From an uncultured Thermoplasmata archaeon (GTDB lineage: Archaea > Thermoplasmatota > DTKX01 > GCA-020343715): a stretch of DNA of 64,000 nt. How positions within the stretch are numbered: position 1 is the stretch's first letter; each line of letters begins with the position of its first letter. Made by a program: the position numbers and the translations under genes. The stretch covers positions 65,116 through 129,115 of the forward strand of contig CAYGVT010000070.1 of the NCBI GenBank assembly GCA_964353355.1, in the 5' to 3' direction. Shown here one piece after another: positions 25,931-35,320 of the stretch. The notes under the pieces are model-generated. The model saw only the letters and a list, made by a program, of their open reading frames with translations, was not told where the DNA came from and did no database searches.

Positions 25931-27321
25931 TCCTCACCCCCCATCATGCGCTCGGCCCGCCTGGCCCACGCGCCCGGGTCATCGTGGAAGGCGCGCATCG
26001 CGACAACGGCGTCGTCGAGGTCCGCGCGAGTGTGCCGCTCGGTGCAGGCCATCAGGAAGGCCTCGCCCAGCTCGGGGAACGCGTGGCCGATCGGCACGCC
26101 CACGTAGATGTCCTCCATGAGCATGGCCGCGACGAGCTCGCCGACCTCGTGGTCGGTGCCCACCGCGAACTCGTTGAAGAACGACGACCGGAACAGGGGC
26201 GCGCGGAAGCCGCCGATGGCGTCGACGGCGCGCGCGAGGTTGTGCGCGCGCTCCGCGGACGCCTGGGCCATGCGGACCAGGCCCTGGCGGCCGACGGTCG
26301 CCAGGTGGACGGCGAACGCGAGCGCGTTGAGGTTCTCGTTCGAGCATATGTTGGAGGTGGCCTTGCTGCGGCGGATGTGCTGCTCACGCGTCTGCAGCGC
26401 CATGTGGAACGCCCGCCTGCCCTCGGTGTCGCGGGACAGGCCAATGATGCGGCCGGGCATCTGCCGCGCGTGCGCGCGGCGGGTGGCGAGCAGCCCGAAC
26501 GTGGGACCCCCGTAGCTCATGGGGTTGCCGAGCGGCTGGCCATCGGCCACCACGATGTCGGCGCCGAGGTCGCCCGGGGGCCGCAGCACGCCGAGCGACA
26601 CGGGGTTGACCCCGACCAGGAGCAGCGCGCCCTTGAGGTCGGACCTTAGGTCGACGAGCGATTCCTCGATGCAGCCGAAGTAGTTGGGGCTCTCGAGGTA
26701 GACGCCCGCGGTCCTGTCGTCGAGGGCGGCGAGGAGCCTCTGGCGGTCGAGCTGCCCGGTCTCCTTGACATAGGGCACCTCGACGACCTTGAGGCCCGCG
26801 CCGTAGGTGTAGTTGTGCAGCACCGACCGTTTGTCGGGGTCCATCGCGCGGGGGACCAGCAGCCTGTCCTTGCCCGTGATGCGCATGGCCATGAGGGCGG
26901 CCTCCGCCATCGCGGTCGCGCCGTCGTACATGGAGATGTTCGACACCTCCATGCCCGTGAGCTCGCAGACCAGGCTCTGGTACTCGAACATGGCCTGCAG
27001 CATGCCCTGCGAGCACTCGGGCTGGTAGGGCGTGTAGGACGTCAGGAACTCGGACCGGCCCACGAGCGCGGGCACGGCCGAGGGGATGTAGTGGTCGTAC
27101 ATGCCGGCGCCCAGGAAGGAGATGAACTCGTCCGTCGTCACGTTGTCGGAGAGCAGGCCCTGGACCTCGGACGCGACCTCCAGCTCCGCCATCGCGGGCG
27201 GGAGCTTGAGGCCGTCGATCTGGACCTCCTTGGGCACGTCCGCGTACAGGTCGTCGATGGACCGCATGCCCATCGCGCGCAGCATCTCGTCGACCCTATG
27301 CTCGTTGGGAAGGAACTGCAA
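25927..27321 (-). CDS. gcvPA: Glycine dehydrogenase (decarboxylating) subunit 1
   Basis: P-protein N-terminal half (FLGAGMYDHYIPSAV, TPYQPE); TTG start with SD GGAGGT 7 nt upstream; 4-bp overlap with gcvPB. Confidence 0.9.
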   Translation of the reverse strand: MQFLPNEHRVDEMLRAMGMRSIDDLYADVPKEVQIDGLKLPPAMAELEVASEVQGLLSDNVTTDEFISFLGAGMYDHYIPSAVPALVGRSEFLTSYTPYQPECSQGMLQAMFEYQSLVCELTGMEVSNISMYDGATAMAEAALMAMRITGKDRLLVPRAMDPDKRSVLHNYTYGAGLKVVEVPYVKETGQLDRQRLLAALDDRTAGVYLESPNYFGCIEESLVDLRSDLKGALLLVGVNPVSLGVLRPPGDLGADIVVADGQPLGNPMSYGGPTFGLLATRRAHARQMPGRIIGLSRDTEGRRAFHMALQTREQHIRRSKATSNICSNENLNALAFAVHLATVGRQGLVRMAQASAERAHNLARAVDAIGGFRAPLFRSSFFNEFAVGTDHEVGELVAAMLMEDIYVGVPIGHAFPELGEAFLMACTERHTRADLDDAVVAMRAFHDDPGAWARRAERMMGGEE

Positions 27322-27418
27322 AACGGGGACCTCCGGACTTCACCCAGGGCGATGGCATATGGGTATTTTGAGCTTTCGATGGCGTGGCCTTGGCACGCCC
27401 GTGTGCCGCGCGTTGCCG

Positions 27419-30400
27419 TCACTTCAGGGGGGCGAGGCAGTTCGGGCACAGTATCCACTCCGCCTCGACCTCGCTGCCGCAGCTGGGGCACTTGGGAGCC
27501 GCGGCCGGGGGCGCGGGAGCGGGAGCGGGGACGGGGGCGGGGACGGGAGCGGGGACGGGGGTGGGGGCGGGGGCGGGCGCTGCCGGCATTGCCGTGGGCC
27601 CGGTAGGCGTCGGCGCGCTCGTGGGCGGCGAGGGGGCCGGCGCGGGCGTCGTCGGGGCGGGCGCAGGCGGGGCAGGCGCGGGCGGGGCGGCCACTGCCTC
27701 ACCTGCCGGCGCCTTCGGCATCTCCACGTAGACCTGCCCCGGCGGCAGGGGAGCGGGCTCCTCCGCCACCGGCCGCGGGCGGGTCACGAGCCACGAGAGC
27801 GCAAGCAGAACGAGCACGCCGACCGCGAGGATGGCGACTATGGCCATGAGGTTCGCGCCCTCCGCGGGGGGCTCGACGTCGATATCGAGCGTGGCGATGT
27901 TGTCCGCCTCGCTCGACTCGCGCACGCGGTTGGTGCGGTCGATCTGCACGGTGAGGGGCTCGTCCGACTTGAAGGTCCACTTGAGCTCGTGGGTGTGGTT
28001 CCCGCCCATGGGGAGCCGGTCGATGGTCCAGATCTCTGTCGTGCCCACGCCGACCTGGCCCTGGAACAGCTCCACCTGCGCCGATGTGTAGAGCGGGGCA
28101 TCGCCGAGGTTGAGCACGCGCACGCGCACCGTGGCCGATTGGCCGCGCGTGACGCGGTCGACGACCTTGCCGCCGCGGATGACCTCGAGGTTGCCCACCA
28201 GCAGATTGGGCTTGGCCTCGGCGTCGACGTTGAGCGTGGCCGCGCCCTCGTTGTTGGCGTCGGAGGCCTCCTTGATCTCCTTGGAGGGGTCGACGAGGAC
28301 CAGCAGCGTGTGGTCCCCCCCGCCCACCTTCATCGGGTCCGGCATCCAGGGCACGACCTTGGTCGTGGACTCGTTGATGTCGAGCGTGGGGGTGGTGGTC
28401 GTCACGACCAGGTTGATGGGCGCCAGGTCGTCCAGGTAGAACTCGACCTCCGCGGTCTGGAAGCAGACGTCGGTACCGACGTTGCGGACCTTGACCTCGA
28501 GCTTGACCCCGACGCCGTAGGTGATGGACGTCGCCACCGTGTTGTCCTCGTTCAGGATGCGCACCCCGGTGACCTTGAGGTCGGGCATCGGCTCGCCCAC
28601 GATGATGGCGCGCTGGTCGATGTTGTTGAGCTCGTCCTGCTCGCGCTCCCGCTCGGCGGCGTCGAGCTTTATGAAGAGGACCTGCGGGCGGTCGCGCTGC
28701 GTGGGCCTCTGTGCCAGCCACGTGAGCGAGCCCGTGTAGACCTCGTCGGGGCTGAGCCCCTCGGGCACCGTGAGCGAGGACAGGGGCTTGCCATCCATCG
28801 CAGGGTTGCCGAGGAAGAGCTGCGTCGTGGTGGGACCGCGCGTCTTGTCGTTACCGCCGTTCCTGACCGTCACGTTGACCTCGACGGCCGCGCCCTCGTT
28901 CGTGCCCTTCGCGGGGTTGATGGGCTCGCCGTTGAGCAGCAGCGTCATCGACGCCACCGTAAGGTCCGGCAGCGGCGCGCGGGTGATAATGACGGAGGCC
29001 GTCCGCTGGTTGTCGACCTCCGAGGATTCGAAGACCGCGTTCGCCGGGTCCACGAAGGCGGTGAGCGCATGCGTACCCAGCACGCCGCGCCAGTCCATCT
29101 CCACGAGGGTCGTCACGCCGGGCGCGAGCAATCCGACGACGGCCCGTCGCCCAAGCTCGCGGCCGCCCGCGTCCGGGTCGCCGTCGTAGACCGCGACATC
29201 GAGCGTGCCCGAGTAGTCACCCGTCCCGTGGTTGGCCACCGTCGCCATGATGTGCACGTTGTCGCCGACGAAGCCCGACGTGCCGATGGTCTGTCCGATG
29301 CGGAACTTGAGGTCCTCGACGACCATGTTGATCGGGGGGGTGTCCGTGACCAGGAGGCGGGCCTTGGTCACGTTGTTCGCGGGGTTGTCGTCGATGCTCT
29401 GGCGCCGGTCGGCCGGCCAGAGGCCGACGTAGACCATGTGGTCGCCAGCGAGCGGGCGCCAGTGGATGTCGAACGTGCGATTGCGGCCGGGCTCGAGGGC
29501 GTTCACCTGGGGCTGCTCGTCGCCGATGGGGACGCCGCCCTGCGCGGGGTCGCCGTCATACGCCCTGAGGACCATGGGGGTGGTCACCGGCGCGCGCCCG
29601 AAGTTGCGCACCAGAACGTTCATCGTGACCAGGTCGCCAACACCGGCGCCCCGCACCACGTCGCCCCCGACCCTGAAGCTCATCGACATGACGCCGGCGT
29701 CGCCCTCCCCGGGCTCGTCGACGTCGAGCTCCAGCGTGCGCACGTTGTTGAGCTCGTTCTCCTCCGGCACACGGTTGACGTAGTCTATTATCAGGAGGGG
29801 CTCGTGATGGCCCGGCCCGGCGATGAAGGTGAGGCTCACGTTGAGCGTCGCGCCCACGGCAAGCCCATCCAGGGCGAGCACCTCCCCAAGGGACATGCCC
29901 CCTGCCAGGGGGTGGCTCATGTACGCGGAGACCATGAACGGGACCGACCGGGCGTGACCCTCGTTGAGGACGGTCGCGTTGAGCTCGACCATGTCGCCGG
30001 CCTGCGCGGTCACCACGGCGTTGGGCCCCACGTAGAGGCGGGCGTTGCCCACCTTGAGGTCGGGCATGGGCCCCGAGGGGCGCCCGCCCACCTCGACGTC
30101 GTCTATCATCCACCCGTCGCCCTCGACACCATCAGGGGCCGAGCGGAACTGGAATCCCACCTTGACGCGCGTGCCCTCGTAATCGTCGAGCCGGACATTG
30201 ACGGCCTCCCAGGTCAGCATCTGGCCCCTCCATCCGGTGGGGGAGCCCTCGGGGTAGCCGCCGTCCGGGACGAGCAGCTTCCAGGCCTCCGCGGTGGCGG
30301 ACAGCACGTAGACCAGCGCGCCGTCCCCGGCCGAGGGGATGTCGTACATGTGGTTGAACTCGAGCCGCGGGGAGGTCAGCCCGCGTAGGTCGACCCACGT

Positions 30401-30754
30401 CGTCTCCATGAAGGCGGTCTCGTCGGGCCAGTAGACGCCCCCGTTCCCGTTGCCATCGAGGGGGGAGCCGAAGTCGTCCTCGTAGGGGCTCTCGGTCAGG
30501 TAGTAGTTGTCGCCAGGGAACAGGCCGCCCGTGGGCGTCCGGGCGATGTCGTCGGTGGACCAGTTGCCGGTCCAGTAGTCCCACTTGGCGGGGTCGAGGA
30601 CCCCGCTTTGGAAGTCGTCGTGGAAGATGAGGAGGTTGCCGGCGGGCAGCCGGTCCTCGCCCGTCGCCGGGGCGGGCACCACGGCCAGGGCCGTCTGTAG
30701 CGAGACGAGCGCCGCGACCGCGAGGGCCAGTGCCCTCCTTCCCCTGGCAATCAT
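27419..30754 (-). CDS. Large secreted/membrane-anchored CARDB-repeat surface protein with cytoplasmic Pro/Ala-rich tail and C-terminal zinc ribbon
   Basis: Signal peptide MIARGRRALALAVAALVSLQTALA; several CARDB-like repeats; TM AIVAILAVGVLVLLALSWLV; tail (PAPA/PVPA)n then CPSCGS...CPNC. Confidence 0.75.
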   Translation of the reverse strand: MIARGRRALALAVAALVSLQTALAVVPAPATGEDRLPAGNLLIFHDDFQSGVLDPAKWDYWTGNWSTDDIARTPTGGLFPGDNYYLTESPYEDDFGSPLDGNGNGGVYWPDETAFMETTWVDLRGLTSPRLEFNHMYDIPSAGDGALVYVLSATAEAWKLLVPDGGYPEGSPTGWRGQMLTWEAVNVRLDDYEGTRVKVGFQFRSAPDGVEGDGWMIDDVEVGGRPSGPMPDLKVGNARLYVGPNAVVTAQAGDMVELNATVLNEGHARSVPFMVSAYMSHPLAGGMSLGEVLALDGLAVGATLNVSLTFIAGPGHHEPLLIIDYVNRVPEENELNNVRTLELDVDEPGEGDAGVMSMSFRVGGDVVRGAGVGDLVTMNVLVRNFGRAPVTTPMVLRAYDGDPAQGGVPIGDEQPQVNALEPGRNRTFDIHWRPLAGDHMVYVGLWPADRRQSIDDNPANNVTKARLLVTDTPPINMVVEDLKFRIGQTIGTSGFVGDNVHIMATVANHGTGDYSGTLDVAVYDGDPDAGGRELGRRAVVGLLAPGVTTLVEMDWRGVLGTHALTAFVDPANAVFESSEVDNQRTASVIITRAPLPDLTVASMTLLLNGEPINPAKGTNEGAAVEVNVTVRNGGNDKTRGPTTTQLFLGNPAMDGKPLSSLTVPEGLSPDEVYTGSLTWLAQRPTQRDRPQVLFIKLDAAEREREQDELNNIDQRAIIVGEPMPDLKVTGVRILNEDNTVATSITYGVGVKLEVKVRNVGTDVCFQTAEVEFYLDDLAPINLVVTTTTPTLDINESTTKVVPWMPDPMKVGGGDHTLLVLVDPSKEIKEASDANNEGAATLNVDAEAKPNLLVGNLEVIRGGKVVDRVTRGQSATVRVRVLNLGDAPLYTSAQVELFQGQVGVGTTEIWTIDRLPMGGNHTHELKWTFKSDEPLTVQIDRTNRVRESSEADNIATLDIDVEPPAEGANLMAIVAILAVGVLVLLALSWLVTRPRPVAEEPAPLPPGQVYVEMPKAPAGEAVAAPPAPAPPAPAPTTPAPAPSPPTSAPTPTGPTAMPAAPAPAPTPVPAPVPAPVPAPAPAPPAAAPKCPSCGSEVEAEWILCPNCLAPLK

Positions 30755-30982
30755 GCTGTCCACCCAGATGTGGCGCCATAAGGATTGTGGTAATATAACA
30801 CTTTTCCGGAGGGCTGGCCTTGCACGCGCGGGCGGATGGCGGGGGCCCTTCCGAGGGTACGCTGGCCGCCCCGCCGGTGCGGCCGTCGGGGGGTGCCCGG
30901 TCGCAGGACCCCCCACCCCATCCCCACCCCCCCACCCCCGCGGGGCCCGGGCGAGGCCGCCGGTCGACGCAACAACCCAAAT

Positions 30983-32626
30983 ATGCCGATGCGCATGGCC
31001 ACGCCGATGGAGGGCGCGGTCAGGTCGGTGTGCGAGGAGGTCGTGCGCTCCATCGTCGATGGCGAGGTGCGCACCCGCGAGGGGCTCGCGGAGGCGAAGC
31101 GCCGCGCCTGCGAGCGGGCCGGGTGCGATCGCGTGCCCACCGACGCCGAGGTCCTCTCGATGCTCCCCAAGGAGGAGCGCGACGCTGTCATGGGGCTGCT
31201 GCGCACCAAGCCCTCACGTACACTATCGGGGGTTGCCGTCGTCGCGGTGATGTCGCCGCCCGCGCGGTGTCCCCACGGGAGGTGCGCCTACTGCCCCGGC
31301 GGGGTCGACGAGGGCACGCCCCAGAGCTACACGGGCGAGGAGCCCGCGGCCCGCCGCGCCCGCCGGGCCGGGTACGACCCCGCGGTCCAGGTCCGCGCGC
31401 GCCTCGCGCAGCTGGCGGCGGCCGGCCACGCGACGGGCAAGGTCGAGCTCGTGCTCATGGGCGGGACCTTCCCGGCCACGGAGAGGGCCTCCCGCGACGG
31501 CTTCGTGCGCGCGTGCCTCGAAGCCCTGGACGGGGCGAGGGCGGCGGACCTGCCCTCGGCCATCGCGGCCAACGAGGGCGCGCCGCACCGGTGCGTCGCG
31601 CTCACGCTGGAGACGCGGCCGGACCAGTGCGCCACGCCCGCGGGCGTCGACGACCTGCTCGGGCTGGGGACGACGCGGGTGGAGCTGGGCGTGCAGACCA
31701 CGGTCGACCGCGCGCTCGACCTCGTGGGCAGGGGCCACCGGACGCGGGAGTCGGTCGAGGCCACGCGCGCGCTCAAGGACGCGGGTCTCAAGGTGGGCCA
31801 TCACCTCATGCCGGGGCTGCCGGGCCTGTCGCGGGAGGAGGACCTGGCGGGGATGCTCAGGGTCGTCGAGGACCCGGGGCTGCGGCCCGACCTGCTGAAG
31901 CTCTACCCGACGCTCGTGATGCCGGGCACGCGGCTCTTCGAATGGTGGCAGCGGGGGGAGTACCGCCCGCTCGAGGTCGAGGAGGCCGTCGGGATGCTCA
32001 CCGCGCTCAAGTCGAGGCTGCCGCGATGGGTGCGCGTCTCGCGCGTCGAGCGCGACATCCCCGCGCCGCTCATCGCCGCGGGCGTGCGCGCGAGCAACCT
32101 GCGACAGCTCGTCCACCAGCGACTCGAGGAGCGGGGGCAGCGCTGCCAGTGCATACGCTGCCGCGAGGTCGGCCGGCGAGGCACGGCGCGTCCCGCGCCC
32201 GGCGCCGGTGCGCCGCCGGAGCCGCGGGACCTCGAGCTCCGGGAGTGTCGCTACCCGGCCTCGGGAGGGGAGGAGCTGTTCCTGTCGCTCGAGCTGCCGC
32301 AAGATGACGCGCTCGTCGCCTACGCGCGCGTGCGACGGCCCTCGCCGCTCGCGTGGCGGCCCGAGCTCGTCGGGGCGGCCGTGCTGCGCGAGGTGCGCGT
32401 GCTCGGGGAGGTCCTCCCCCTCGGCGCGCGGCCGTCGGACGCGCGCGGCTCGCTCCAGTGGCAGCACAGGGCCCTCGGCGCGCGGCTCGTCGCGGAGGCC
32501 GAGCGCGCGGCACAGGCCTGGGGGCTGCGGGGGCTCGCGGTGATGGCGGGCATGGGCGCGCGGTCCTACTTCAGGCGCATGGGCTATGCGCTCGAGGGCC
32601 CCTACATGGTGCGAGCTGTGGGTTAG
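30983..32626 (+). CDS. elp3: Elp3-family tRNA uridine(34) acetyltransferase (radical SAM + GNAT)
   Basis: Elp3-specific Cx4Cx2C (CPHGRCAYC), radical SAM core, C-terminal GNAT; 547 aa from ATG 30983. Confidence 0.85.
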   Translation: MPMRMATPMEGAVRSVCEEVVRSIVDGEVRTREGLAEAKRRACERAGCDRVPTDAEVLSMLPKEERDAVMGLLRTKPSRTLSGVAVVAVMSPPARCPHGRCAYCPGGVDEGTPQSYTGEEPAARRARRAGYDPAVQVRARLAQLAAAGHATGKVELVLMGGTFPATERASRDGFVRACLEALDGARAADLPSAIAANEGAPHRCVALTLETRPDQCATPAGVDDLLGLGTTRVELGVQTTVDRALDLVGRGHRTRESVEATRALKDAGLKVGHHLMPGLPGLSREEDLAGMLRVVEDPGLRPDLLKLYPTLVMPGTRLFEWWQRGEYRPLEVEEAVGMLTALKSRLPRWVRVSRVERDIPAPLIAAGVRASNLRQLVHQRLEERGQRCQCIRCREVGRRGTARPAPGAGAPPEPRDLELRECRYPASGGEELFLSLELPQDDALVAYARVRRPSPLAWRPELVGAAVLREVRVLGEVLPLGARPSDARGSLQWQHRALGARLVAEAERAAQAWGLRGLAVMAGMGARSYFRRMGYALEGPYMVRAVG

Positions 32627-32657
32627 GGGCCTGTGAGTGGGCCAGGAGGGGGCGCGC

Positions 32658-33392
32658 TCAGAACAGCTCGCCGATGACCTTTATGCCGCCCTCGGACGCC
32701 TCGATGAGGAACGGCTTCATCTCGTGGCGGGTCGCGCGCATCTTGCGCACCTGCAAGTAGCGCTTGATGTCGTTGCCCATCTTCTCCGTCCCGAGCTCGA
32801 TGATGCCGTCCACGAGGAAGTACTCCGGGCGGTCGTCGACGACCTGGGTCTCGAGGATCATGATGGCGGTCACGCCGCGCTTGCGGATACGGAAGAAGAA
32901 GTCCTGCAGCTTGCGGCGCACGAGCGCCTCCTGCATTCCCAGAAGGGCGAGCAGCGCGTTGAGCGAGTCGATGACCAGGTACTTGGGCGGGTAGCCCTTC
33001 TCGGCCTCGCCCTCCTCGCCGTGCGGCTCATAGACGGAGAGCGGTGCGGCCGCCCGCTCGAGGATGAGGTTGAGGTAGTCCTCCTCCTTGAAGATGTTCT
33101 GGTCCCACAGCTCCAAGTCGGCCTTGAAGGAGGCGATGTCGATTATCTGGATCTGGGGGATCTCGGGGATGCCCATGCTCTTGATGTTCTTGAGATGCCC
33201 CTCCTTGCTCTCCTCGAACGTGATGTAGACCGCCCGCTCCTTCGGGTGGCGGTCGAGGTAGCGCTGGAGCATGTTGTACACGAAGCTGGACTTGAGCGTG
33301 CCCGCACCGCCGACGACTATGACGATGGCGCCCTGCGGCGGCTCCGTGTGGAAGATGAGGTCCATGCCGTCGATGCTGTCGATGAAGACCAT
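32658..33392 (-). CDS. KaiC/RadA-like RecA-superfamily ATPase domain protein
   Basis: Single KaiC-like domain; non-canonical P-loop VVGGAGTLKSS; Walker B KYLVIDSLNAL; start 1 nt after the upstream gene's stop. Confidence 0.65.
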   Translation of the reverse strand: MVFIDSIDGMDLIFHTEPPQGAIVIVVGGAGTLKSSFVYNMLQRYLDRHPKERAVYITFEESKEGHLKNIKSMGIPEIPQIQIIDIASFKADLELWDQNIFKEEDYLNLILERAAAPLSVYEPHGEEGEAEKGYPPKYLVIDSLNALLALLGMQEALVRRKLQDFFFRIRKRGVTAIMILETQVVDDRPEYFLVDGIIELGTEKMGNDIKRYLQVRKMRATRHEMKPFLIEASEGGIKVIGELF

Positions 33393-33393
33393 C

Positions 33394-33822
33394 TCACGCG
33401 CCCCCCTCAGCGCTGAGCCGCATCAGGTTCTCCCTGATGATGGCGACCTGCTTCTCGTCGGCCATGTGATGGATGGACAGGAGGATGTCGTCCACGAGCT
33501 CCCGCGTGAGCTGCTTGCGCGAGAGCGTCTCGAGGAACGCGTCGTGCTTGAGGCACTTCTGGGAGAGCATCCGGACGGCGAGTTCCCTCGGCATCACCCG
33601 CTCGACCTCCTGGACGACGCGGTGCGCCAGCGGGTTCTCCTCGAGGTCCTTCACAGGCGCCTGGGTTCCCACGGTCGCCTGCGCCTCCCTGGCCAGCTTC
33701 TCCTGCAGGGCCTCCGTGACGATGTCGCGGATGGTGCGGTCGGTGTCCAGGGCGTACTGCTTTAGGCGGCGGAAGAGCGCGAGGTCCAGGTCGATGGTGG
33801 TCTTCTTGACGGACCGTCCCAT
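33394..33822 (-). CDS. Ribbon-helix-helix (CopG/Arc-like) domain protein, hypothetical
   Basis: N-terminus TTIDLDLALFRRLKQYALDTDRTIRDIVTEALQEKL matches the RHH beta-alpha-alpha pattern; 142 aa; translationally coupled to the KaiC-like gene. Confidence 0.5.
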   Translation of the reverse strand: MGRSVKKTTIDLDLALFRRLKQYALDTDRTIRDIVTEALQEKLAREAQATVGTQAPVKDLEENPLAHRVVQEVERVMPRELAVRMLSQKCLKHDAFLETLSRKQLTRELVDDILLSIHHMADEKQVAIIRENLMRLSAEGGA

Positions 33823-33926
33823 GGAAATCGGCTAAAGATGAGGGTGCCTGTATATATAAATATTGGGCTGGCCCTTAAACCTGGTAATGTGGCCCCTGGG
33901 TACGCTGGCAAGGGGGGAAAAGAGGG

Positions 33927-34634
33927 TCATTCCGAACCGTGAGCCCCATCGAGGGGGCACCCGCTCCCGAGGGGGCAGCCCGGGCAGTCGGGCACCTTGC
34001 GGCACCTCCGCTTGCAGTGCTCGACGATGACCGCGTGACAGTTCCTGTAAAGGTCCACGTCGCGCGGGAGGGAGCGCGTGAACCAGGCCGCGACCTCGTC
34101 GTAGGGTGCGTCCGCGACCCCGACCCCTAGGCGGAGGAGCAGCCTGCGCGTGTAGGCGTCCACCACGAAGGCGGGCACCCCGGCGGCGTAGAGCGCGATG
34201 CTGTCCGCGGTCTCGGGACCGATGCCCCTGATGGCGAGGAGGCGGTAGCGCAGCTCCCCGCCTGGCGTTGACAGGAACGCGTCGAGCCCGCCCGTGGCCT
34301 GGACCGCCATGCAGAGGTCGACGAGCCTCGCCGCCTTTTGGCGGTAGGTGCCCGATGGCCGCACCAACGCCTCGAGGGCCGACCGGTCCAGGCCCAGGAG
34401 GGCCCCAGGAGCATCGATGCCCCCGCCCCTGAGGTTGTCGAGCGCGCGCTCGACGTTGGCCCAGGACGTGCGCTGGGTGAGCACCGCACCCAGCATGACC
34501 TCGAATGGCCCGTCGGCGGGCCACCAGTCGAGCTCGCCATAGGCACTCAGCAGCACCCTGTAAAGCGCGCGGGGGCCGATATGGCGGGACCCGCCCCGGG
34601 AACCGCGACCGGAACCGTGCCTGTTCACTGGCAT
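33927..34634 (-). CDS. HhH-GPD / endonuclease III-like DNA glycosylase with 4Fe-4S cluster
   Basis: HhH motif LLAIRGIGPETADSIALYA, catalytic Asp VVDAYTRR, C-terminal Cys cluster CHAVIVEHCKRRCRKVPDCPGC. Confidence 0.75.
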   Translation of the reverse strand: MPVNRHGSGRGSRGGSRHIGPRALYRVLLSAYGELDWWPADGPFEVMLGAVLTQRTSWANVERALDNLRGGGIDAPGALLGLDRSALEALVRPSGTYRQKAARLVDLCMAVQATGGLDAFLSTPGGELRYRLLAIRGIGPETADSIALYAAGVPAFVVDAYTRRLLLRLGVGVADAPYDEVAAWFTRSLPRDVDLYRNCHAVIVEHCKRRCRKVPDCPGCPLGSGCPLDGAHGSE

Positions 34635-34653
34635 CTCGAAGGATTAATAACGA

Positions 34654-35049
34654 GTGCGTGCTATCACCCTTTCGATGCGGTCCTACAAGCACTACATCCA
34701 CCAGTACAAGATCCCGTTCTCGGTGCTCCTCGCCGTGCTGGGAGCGGTCCTCCTGGTGCTGGGCATGTGGTCCTACCCCTACAACGACCCGTACGAGAAC
34801 GCACCCCTGGAATCGCTCCGGGGCATCAACATGATGGTGGCCCTCCTGGGGATCATCATGCTGGGCGTGGGGTTGTACCTGCTCTACGAATATGCGGCCA
34901 CGAAGAGGAAGTTCGAGGCCATGATGGCGACGGACAGCGAGGCCCTGTTCCGTCGCAACCAGATAGAGCTCGAGCGGCTGGCCCTCAAGCTCTCCATCAA
35001 GGAGGAGCAACAGGTGCTTGCTACCCTGAAGAAGTACAGGATCCGTTAG
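34654..35049 (+). CDS. Hypothetical membrane protein (2 TM)
   Basis: 131-aa ORF, two hydrophobic helices, lower GC than neighbours. Confidence 0.45.
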   Translation: MRAITLSMRSYKHYIHQYKIPFSVLLAVLGAVLLVLGMWSYPYNDPYENAPLESLRGINMMVALLGIIMLGVGLYLLYEYAATKRKFEAMMATDSEALFRRNQIELERLALKLSIKEEQQVLATLKKYRIR

Positions 35050-35111
35050 AGCCACGGTCCAACGGTCGATTGTAAAGGCCGGCCCTTCATCGGATAATGG
35101 GTTGGTGAGAG

Positions 35112-35136
35112 GGACCCCATCATTTCCTATGGAGAC
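35112..35136 (-). promoter_or_regulatory. ORB-like (origin recognition box) element, inverted orientation
   Basis: Reverse complement gtctccataggaaatgatggggtcc matches the 36793 element TTCCACAGGAAACGGTGGGGT at about 17/21 positions including the G-string. Confidence 0.35.
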
Positions 35137-35146
35137 CCTTCTGGGG

Positions 35147-35320
35147 ATATACGCGTATTATTTTAATATAATTGAAATAAAAAAATAGAGTCATATCTCT
35201 ATACATTTACAGATATTTATACTTTTGCATCGGAACTACTGGTCTTATCATGATATATAAGGCGAAGAGGTCGACCCGGCATATTCTCGATTATCTCGTT
35301 TAATTTGGCATGGAACTTCC
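35147..35320. other. AT-rich island (about 70% AT over about 170 bp) in a 67%-GC background; candidate DUE / terminator region
   Basis: Directly visible: atatacgcgtattattttaatataattgaaataaaaaaatagag...; contains palindrome ATACGCGTAT (35149-35158); overlaps the last about 30 codons of hflX. Confidence 0.5.

Noticed and set aside
27101-30388. 1095-aa plus-strand ORF
   Set aside because: Antisense to the CARDB surface-protein gene, which has a coherent signal peptide, repeats, TM and zinc ribbon; the plus-frame is Arg/Gly low-complexity
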